NCBI GenBank assembly: GCA_000004985.1
Contig: GG738904.1
DNA from: Naegleria gruberi
Taxonomy: Eukaryota
Direction: 5' to 3' (one strand)
Length of the DNA: 64,000 nucleotides
In this document: positions 56,821 through 64,000 of the stretch, in pieces
How the letters are laid out: each line of letters begins with the position of its first letter
Position numbering within the stretch: position 1 is the stretch's first letter
Program-made: the position numbers and the translations under genes
The notes under the pieces: generated by a model
What the model saw: only the letters and a program-made list of their open reading frames with translations
Databases searched by the model: none
What the model was told of the DNA's origin: nothing

Positions 56821-59004
56821 TTAATATTTTAAATCTCCAACAGGTATATATGATGTTAATGTTGTAATGGTTGTATATTCTGAATCTGGTGTTTTTGTTA
56901 AACGTTGTGGTATTGTACTTTGAATTTCTTGTTTTGCTAATTCTTCTCTCTTCTTTTGAATATCTTTCAATTCCTTCTTAAATTCTGAACTATCCAATTC
57001 AATCTTATAGGTTGGTTTCTTTGGTCGACGTGGTTTATCTGATGGCAATGTTGTTGCTAATAATTGCCAATCCTCAACATATTTATAATAATCCAAATCA
57101 TCACACCATTTCAATAAATCATCCATTTCATCCTCAACTACTGCAACATCTCCAAATAATTCAATTTCTTCTAATTCTGCTAATAAATCCTTTTCCTTAA
57201 TGGTCAAAGCAAGTGCTCTCAAATCACTATTCACTGTTCTAACCATTGGTACTGGTGGTGATTTCTCTTCTTCATTTTCACTATCTGAACCCTTTTTACT
57301 TTTCAATCCACGATCTGTTGTTGTACCTGTTGTTGTAGTTGATACATTATCTTCATCTTCCATCACTTTAGGATATGGCTTATTTAATAATTCAGCCTTT
57401 TTCATTTTAATAAGCCATTCCAATCTCTTTTTTCTCTTCTTTCTTTGATTATTTTCCTTTCTCTTCCATGGTAAATAATGATATGGTAGTAATGAATCAA
57501 TTACTTCTTTATCATCTCTGGCAACTTGTAGTACTTTTGAAGTGGTTCCAGAAGTGAAATGAAGATTTGGATTTCTCTTCCTCAAATGCTTTGCCTCCTT
57601 CTTAGCTCTATCTAGAATAAATTTAAAACAATTATTACTAAATACAGGATCATCTAGAATATCTTCATGAACGAGTAAATTAGTTGAAACTGGTCTCCAT
57701 GAATTTCTCTCTTCTCTTTGATACCAATCTTGAAATTCCCAATTTGTTGCCAAAACATCTCTATGGTTTGAAAATGTCATTGTTTTTACAATATTTCCAT
57801 TATTATTTAAATTAATATTATTATTATTTAAATTATTTGAGGTTAAAGTTGAAATTAAATCCAATTGTTTTCTTTCACCTGAATAATTTCTTGGAGCGAA
57901 TGAATTAATATCAATGATTGGTTTTTTTAAGAAAACCTTATAAAAAACAATTGGTGGAAATGATTTACCACCCAATCTAAATCTAATAAAAGCACCAATA
58001 CTTGGATCAATTAATTGAGATTCAGATGGATTTATAGCTCTTAATATATCATATGGATGTGTTCTTTCTTTAAATATAATTAATTGTTTGTAAAATTGAA
58101 ATATTTGTTTGTTAATAGTATTTCTCCACCATTTTTGAATAATAAAAGCAGCATGACATTTCTTATCATAGAAATACATCTTGTACTTTTTAAAAAAGAT
58201 ATCCTTAGATCCTGTTTTATCATATAATCTTCTTCTATATAATTTATATCTTGATTGAATAACAGATGATGCAATATGTGCTAATCTATTTCTTAAATAT
58301 TCATCATTTCCATATCTCCAAACTGTTAATAATTGATGAAATTTAGCTTGAATTACTCCCATATATGAATTTAAAAATGTTGATAAATTTTCTTCATTCT
58401 TTTTAGCAATGGGTGTTATTAAAGCCTTTGTTGCAACTTCATATAAAGTTGAATATTGTCTGAATTTTTCATCTTCTTTTACTTTCTTTAAGGCTTTTAA
58501 TTCATTAATTCTTCTTATATAAAATCCTCTCCTCGTTAAATATCCTTTTATACATCTTTGAATTTCAATGGCTGCACTAATAAAAGCCATCAGTGGATGA
58601 AATTCAATATTTCTAATAAAGTATCTTCTACGTTGTTTTGATGATCTGATTCCATGTCTAATATGATAGGGTGTTCTTCTTATTAATTTTACATGTTTAT
58701 CAGATAAATCATTATTAATTAATGTTGATATTATTGATGTATTATTATTTTGAAATGATACTGAATTATTATGTGTTGGTGATCTTCCTTTGAATGGTGA
58801 TTCAGGTAATCTTCTATCGGAATAATTAAGTGATGCTTCATTATGACTACTATTATCTACAGCCTCAATTGATAGTTTTTTATAGCCTCCTACTAATTTT
58901 TTATTTACATTTTGTTGTTGTTTTGGTTGTGGTGGTGGTTTATCAAAATCTTCCTCATGGAGTACCACTGGTTGGTCATTAATGTCTTGCATCATCATCA
59001 TCAA
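56821..59004 (-). CDS. IQ-motif-containing protein (727 aa), function unknown
   Basis: Several IQ-like calmodulin-binding motifs are present (ISAAIEIQRCIKGYLTRRGFYIRRI; AAFIIQKWWRNTINKQIFQFYK). A conserved-looking central block is HPYDILRAINPSESQLIDPSIGAFIRFRLGGKSFPPIVFYKVF. It starts with the Met run MMMMMQ. Confidence 0.5.
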   Translation of the reverse strand: MMMMMQDINDQPVVLHEEDFDKPPPQPKQQQNVNKKLVGGYKKLSIEAVDNSSHNEASLNYSDRRLPESPFKGRSPTHNNSVSFQNNNTSIISTLINNDLSDKHVKLIRRTPYHIRHGIRSSKQRRRYFIRNIEFHPLMAFISAAIEIQRCIKGYLTRRGFYIRRINELKALKKVKEDEKFRQYSTLYEVATKALITPIAKKNEENLSTFLNSYMGVIQAKFHQLLTVWRYGNDEYLRNRLAHIASSVIQSRYKLYRRRLYDKTGSKDIFFKKYKMYFYDKKCHAAFIIQKWWRNTINKQIFQFYKQLIIFKERTHPYDILRAINPSESQLIDPSIGAFIRFRLGGKSFPPIVFYKVFLKKPIIDINSFAPRNYSGERKQLDLISTLTSNNLNNNNINLNNNGNIVKTMTFSNHRDVLATNWEFQDWYQREERNSWRPVSTNLLVHEDILDDPVFSNNCFKFILDRAKKEAKHLRKRNPNLHFTSGTTSKVLQVARDDKEVIDSLLPYHYLPWKRKENNQRKKRKKRLEWLIKMKKAELLNKPYPKVMEDEDNVSTTTTGTTTDRGLKSKKGSDSENEEEKSPPVPMVRTVNSDLRALALTIKEKDLLAELEEIELFGDVAVVEDEMDDLLKWCDDLDYYKYVEDWQLLATTLPSDKPRRPKKPTYKIELDSSEFKKELKDIQKKREELAKQEIQSTIPQRLTKTPDSEYTTITTLTSYIPVGDLKY

Positions 59005-59643
59005 GGTTAAGATAGGGATGATGGAATTTTTTTAAATTGTATATTTTGTTATTATATATTTGATATTCCCTCAATAAACATCACATTGATATGTTGTGCA
59101 GTTAGTAGTACAATACATAAAACTGTTGTAGTGAATTTGTGAGGGAATAAGCATAGAGGTTGGAATGATTATTCAGAGATTTTTAAACATTTGTGATGTT
59201 TTATGAAGTGATTTAATTATAATAATAACAATATTAAAAGTTACCATGTGTTGTTGTTCAAATCAATTTAAATTATTTGTTTCTGAAATCTTGAAACAGT
59301 GCCTCCAAAGTGAACCTGAACACACCACCTCACTCACTGTTTTCACAAATTACAAAAGATATTTCAAACTCCGTCGACCACCGGCACACAACAATAAAAA
59401 CTCCTTTAAAAAAAATATCTGTGTGTGTGGAATCATATTGTTGTTGTTCAGAGTGTGATCGCATCATATTTTCACTATTTTTTTCACAATCTCTCCCACA
59501 CCTTCATTATTATTTTCTTCTACATCTTTAATATTTTGTTAACAACATTATCATATCAACAATAACAATAATAACAATAATAACAATTAAAATCATCACA
59601 TCATATTAAAATCATCATCAAATCATCATAGAGATAGAAAAAA

Positions 59644-62600
59644 ATGTCATCAAATATAAATTTTCTATCTGAAACTAATCATTGTGGACAAACATTACTT
59701 CAACTTGTAGCACATGGTAATGCTATTATAGCAGAATTATTAAGATTAAGTAATTATATACCACCTGTATTCTTTTTAGAAGATAAAAAATATCAATATA
59801 TTATATTTGATTTTAAATATTTAAAAAATCAAGATGCATTTGATAATAGAATAACATCAAGTGCAGATTTATTAGATTTGGATGAAAATTTTAAAGATAG
59901 TCATATGCCATTATTAGAAAGATTTTATACACTATTTAAATCAATCTATAATTATTATAAAGATTTTATTAAATTTATGAATGATTTAGATCAAGGATAT
60001 TATATTCAACAAACATTAGAATCTATTCTTGTTAATCAAGATGGTAAACAATTACTTGCTGAATCATTATATTTATATGGTTGTATGTTATTATTATTAG
60101 ATTTAAAAATACCTGGACCTGTTAGAGAACGTATGTTAATGTCCTATTTTAGATATAAAGGTGCAGGTGAAATTCCTAACATTGATGATGTTTGTAAATT
60201 GTGTAGATCGACAGGCTTTGATTCTACCTATTATTTACATTTAAAATATTTTGCACAACAACACGCTCATCACAATACTGGTAATAATGGCGCCATTTTT
60301 TACGATCATTCTAATAATAGTAGTAGTAATAATACTCATGATCATCATTCATCTACCCATCATTCACCTTCATCCAATTCAAGTGGAGGAGGTAATGGCA
60401 GTGGAGGCAGTGGAGGAATAACACCACCACAATATCCAGAATCTTATCCATGTGATTATTTTAATAGATTTGCATTACCAGATCAATTAGTGAGTATGAT
60501 AATTGGTAGATTGAGATCTGATGATATTTATTTACAAACAAGTTATTATCCATTACCTGAACATCGTAGTGTTGCATTAAGTACACAAGCAGCCATGTTA
60601 TTTATTATTTTATATTTTAAACCAAATATGTTAAATTCAGAACAAGCAGTAATGAGAGAAATTGTTGATAAACATTTTCCAGATAATTGGGTATTATCAT
60701 ATTATATGGGATTTACAGTTGATTTAACAATGGTATGGAAAGATTTTAAAGCAGCAAATTTAGCCATACAAAATATAGTAACATTGAATCATGTTAAAAA
60801 TTTAACAGATAATTTTTATAATCAATTATTACCTAAATTAATAGAACAATTAAATCAATATTTAATAGAAGGAGTATTAGTAGAAGAATATGTATTAGAT
60901 AATATTAATAGATTATTATCATGTTTAAGAGAATGTAATGTAACATTACGTTGGTTATTATTACATCGTACTTCTAAAAATAGAAAAGTATATGAATTAA
61001 TTGATCAAATGACAAATTCAGAAGATATTTTATTATTATTATTAAATACAGCACAATTTGAATTTTTATTAAAACAAATGTTTCAAGAAATGTTAGATTC
61101 AAAAGAAATTAAATGGAGTGAATGTAAAAATCAAGCACATTTAAGAATGATTGAATTATCACAATATTTTAGTGGTGAAAAAGCATTAACTCCAATTAAA
61201 GATGAACAATTACAAGAATGGTTCTCTGAAATGTCTAATCGTATAATTGAATTAGATTATCATGATTCAACATTGGCAGGACGTCGCATCCAACAAGTTA
61301 TTTCAGCATTGGAAGATGTTGAACAATTTCATCAAATTGAACAATCACTTCAAGTTAAACAATATTTATCAGATACAAGATTATTATTGAAAAAAATGAT
61401 ACGTTATGTTAATATACGTGAAAGTGTTCTAGTTGGTATTGCAATTGTTAGTGATATTTCATATGCATGGGAAATTGTAGGTGATTATGTTAAATCAATG
61501 CAGAGAAGAATTAAAAAAGATCCATCATTGATTATTAAAATGAGATCTACATTTTTAAAATTATCAACAATGTTAGAATTACCACTTGTTAGAATTTCAC
61601 AAGCTAAATCACAAGATATTGTCAGTGTTTCACAATATTATTCAAGTGAATTAGTTAAATTTGTTAGATTTACTTTAGAAATTATACCAATGAGCATGTT
61701 TTCTATTTTAAATAAGATTATTGAAGTACAAACAAATAGATTAGAAGAATTACCAACTAAATTACCAAGAAATGAATTGAAAAGATTTTCACAATTAGAT
61801 GAACGTTATGATTTATCAAGATCAACTTATGAAGTTTCAAAATATACTGAAGGTATTTTAGCAATGGAACGTACTTTAATGGGTATTGTTGAAATTGATC
61901 CAAAACAATTATTAGAAGATGGTATTAGAAAGGAATTAGTTAGACAAATTGCAATGGCATTACATTCTAATTTAATATTCAATTCTTCACAATATGGTTT
62001 TGATTTATTAAGATTATCACCTCAACAACAACAACAAGATGATATTACATCTACTAATTCTCATTCTAATAATTCATCTAACAATTCATCATCATCATCA
62101 TATCGTAATAGTATTGATCAATTTATAGATCAATTAGTTTCAAATAATACTTTAAATAACAAAAAGATGGAATCAATACCATTAATTGAATATACACGTT
62201 TATTTGAAGATAAATTAGGTAAATTACATTCACAATTAGATGGAATGTTAAGATCATTTGAATATATTCAAGATTATGTTCATGTTTATGGATTAAAATT
62301 ATGGCAAGAAGAATTTTCACGTATAATAATGTACAATGTTGAACAAGAATGTAATACCTATTTAAAAAGAAAAGTATTTGATTTTCAATCACTTTATCAA
62401 TCAGAAGTAATACCAATACCAAGATTTAAATCAATTCAATCACAACAAATGATTGATAAACAATCTATTACTATATTAAATTTTATGGGTAGATTAATGG
62501 TTGAATTATTAGTACAAACTGATAGTAGACGTACTATATATATTGAACAATTAAGTGGATGGTATGATTATGATTCTAATTTTTTAAATTCAAGTTCAAA

Positions 62601-63870
62601 TTCAAATTCAAATAATTCTAATTCTAATTCTTCTAATTCTTCTTCTAATAATAGTAATATAAAAAAAGAAGAAATTATTGGATTAACATGTTTTACATTA
62701 TTACAACAAACAGTATCATCATTTGGATTAGTTGGATTAGATTTATTATTAAGTTATAGAATTGTAACATTATTAAATCAATTTGTTAAACAATATTTAA
62801 AACATTTAAATATAGATTCAATTAAAAAACATTTAAAATTCTTTAAAGATTTTATAACACCACCAAATACATTACCTGAACAATTAGGTAAAATTTATGA
62901 ACAAGTTTTAAATTTATTACCATCACAAATATTTACACATGTATTTTTATATTATGTAATGCAAGTTGGAACATGTCAATTATTGAGAAAACATATTGCT
63001 TCTCAATTATTATTTACATGTAAATTAAATGCAAATCCTTTATTTAATACTTTAACTAATTTAAATCATGCTATTTTAAAAGATGTTGAACATTATTTTG
63101 ATATTCATTATAAAAATCAAGCAAATCAAAAATTATCACAACAACGTTTATCAAAACATTCAATTTTACCTTCATCTAATCAATCAAATCAATCAAATAA
63201 TATGAATAATAATCAATCAAATCAATCTAATCAATCAAATAATATGAATAACATTTCAATTAAATCAACAAGACAATTAGATGGAGTTGGTTATCCATCT
63301 GAAAATAATCCAATCTTTTCAGAATTGACACAATATTTACAAACAAGTGGTATGCATCAACCATTTGAAAAGATTTATATTACACCAAATTTAATTATTC
63401 AAAATAGTGGTATTGGTATTTCAACAAGTAGTAAAACTAGTAAAAATTTTAATAGTAATATTAATATTAATAATAATAATAGTAATGGAAATATTGGAGA
63501 TTACATTTCAGTGACAATGTTTTTATTTGTATTAAATTGTATTGAAAGATTTATCTATGTACCATCAATTGATTGTCTAGTTTCTAAAAAGAAGGGAGAT
63601 ATTTTAGATGGTACACCATTTATTGTTGGTATTTATACAGTATTGAAACAATTCCACTCTTCACAAACACATTTATTCTTATCTTTTATTGGTCAATATA
63701 TTAGAGCTAATACTGATCAAATTAATATTGAAAAGAAGGGTGCTAATATTCCTGATAATGTCATTTTCATGTTGAGATTTATTCAAAGATTTTGTAAATA
63801 TGGTAATATTAGTCAAAAGGTTTTAGAAGGTCACGTTCCTTCTTTTTTATTTACAAAACTTGTTGATTAA
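59644..63870 (+). CDS. Strumpellin (WASH complex subunit 5), 1408 aa, single exon, with N/S/Q-rich low-complexity insertions
   Basis: It is colinear with human strumpellin along its length: NHCGQTLLQLVAHGNAIIAELLRLS, YIQQTLESILVNQDGKQLL, VRERMLMSYFRYKG, YPESYPCDYFNRF, MIIGRLRSDDIYLQTSYYPLPEHRS, MREIVDKHFPDNWVLSYYMG, SFEYIQDYVHVYGLKLWQEEFSRIIMYNVEQECN. Confidence 0.92.
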   Translation: MSSNINFLSETNHCGQTLLQLVAHGNAIIAELLRLSNYIPPVFFLEDKKYQYIIFDFKYLKNQDAFDNRITSSADLLDLDENFKDSHMPLLERFYTLFKSIYNYYKDFIKFMNDLDQGYYIQQTLESILVNQDGKQLLAESLYLYGCMLLLLDLKIPGPVRERMLMSYFRYKGAGEIPNIDDVCKLCRSTGFDSTYYLHLKYFAQQHAHHNTGNNGAIFYDHSNNSSSNNTHDHHSSTHHSPSSNSSGGGNGSGGSGGITPPQYPESYPCDYFNRFALPDQLVSMIIGRLRSDDIYLQTSYYPLPEHRSVALSTQAAMLFIILYFKPNMLNSEQAVMREIVDKHFPDNWVLSYYMGFTVDLTMVWKDFKAANLAIQNIVTLNHVKNLTDNFYNQLLPKLIEQLNQYLIEGVLVEEYVLDNINRLLSCLRECNVTLRWLLLHRTSKNRKVYELIDQMTNSEDILLLLLNTAQFEFLLKQMFQEMLDSKEIKWSECKNQAHLRMIELSQYFSGEKALTPIKDEQLQEWFSEMSNRIIELDYHDSTLAGRRIQQVISALEDVEQFHQIEQSLQVKQYLSDTRLLLKKMIRYVNIRESVLVGIAIVSDISYAWEIVGDYVKSMQRRIKKDPSLIIKMRSTFLKLSTMLELPLVRISQAKSQDIVSVSQYYSSELVKFVRFTLEIIPMSMFSILNKIIEVQTNRLEELPTKLPRNELKRFSQLDERYDLSRSTYEVSKYTEGILAMERTLMGIVEIDPKQLLEDGIRKELVRQIAMALHSNLIFNSSQYGFDLLRLSPQQQQQDDITSTNSHSNNSSNNSSSSSYRNSIDQFIDQLVSNNTLNNKKMESIPLIEYTRLFEDKLGKLHSQLDGMLRSFEYIQDYVHVYGLKLWQEEFSRIIMYNVEQECNTYLKRKVFDFQSLYQSEVIPIPRFKSIQSQQMIDKQSITILNFMGRLMVELLVQTDSRRTIYIEQLSGWYDYDSNFLNSSSNSNSNNSNSNSSNSSSNNSNIKKEEIIGLTCFTLLQQTVSSFGLVGLDLLLSYRIVTLLNQFVKQYLKHLNIDSIKKHLKFFKDFITPPNTLPEQLGKIYEQVLNLLPSQIFTHVFLYYVMQVGTCQLLRKHIASQLLFTCKLNANPLFNTLTNLNHAILKDVEHYFDIHYKNQANQKLSQQRLSKHSILPSSNQSNQSNNMNNNQSNQSNQSNNMNNISIKSTRQLDGVGYPSENNPIFSELTQYLQTSGMHQPFEKIYITPNLIIQNSGIGISTSSKTSKNFNSNININNNNSNGNIGDYISVTMFLFVLNCIERFIYVPSIDCLVSKKKGDILDGTPFIVGIYTVLKQFHSSQTHLFLSFIGQYIRANTDQINIEKKGANIPDNVIFMLRFIQRFCKYGNISQKVLEGHVPSFLFTKLVD

Positions 63871-64000
63871 TTATTATTATATTATATTTATATTATATAT
63901 ATTAATAAGAGTATTATTATTACATTGTGTGCATATGAATGGATGTTTAAATTTGTTATAAAATGATGGAATAATTAAAAGTTTATTTTATCATTTTGTT

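Overview
This is AT-rich eukaryotic nuclear DNA that uses the standard genetic code. The proteins are rich in N/Q/S/T/K-E runs, and the genes carry spliceosomal introns of about 40–225 nt with GTAAGT/GTATGT donors. These features are most consistent with a dictyostelid-type social amoeba, but the organism is not certain. A 50-N run at 42215–42264 marks it as a draft assembly. The window is gene-dense, with about 30 protein-coding genes on both strands. Recognisable products include a neurofibromin (RasGAP+Sec14) orthologue, V-ATPase subunit A, a SUN-domain (SUCO/Slp1-type) protein, epsilon-tubulin, two F-box/LRR genes, an Aa_trans amino-acid transporter, an AAMP-like WD40 protein, a Grc3/Nol9-like polynucleotide kinase, a PNUTS-like PP1 regulator (TFIIS-N + RVxF + CCCH), an F-box protein, Rab2, a calmodulin-like EF-hand protein, Cdc25, an IQ-motif protein and strumpellin (WASH complex). 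One clear tRNA-Phe(GAA) is present. There are no rRNA genes, CRISPR arrays or obvious transposons. The most unusual region is 10.3–14.8 kb, which holds several truncated or degenerate gene pieces: a switch-less EF1A-like G domain, a tRNA-like remnant, the 3' quarter of an M1 aminopeptidase, a bare LRR array and a GBF1 C-terminal fragment. I found no prokaryote-style novel system. Several frame breaks, some at homopolymers, could be draft-sequencing errors or genuine pseudogenisation. Splice-junction coordinates were derived by hand and may be off by 1–2 nt.
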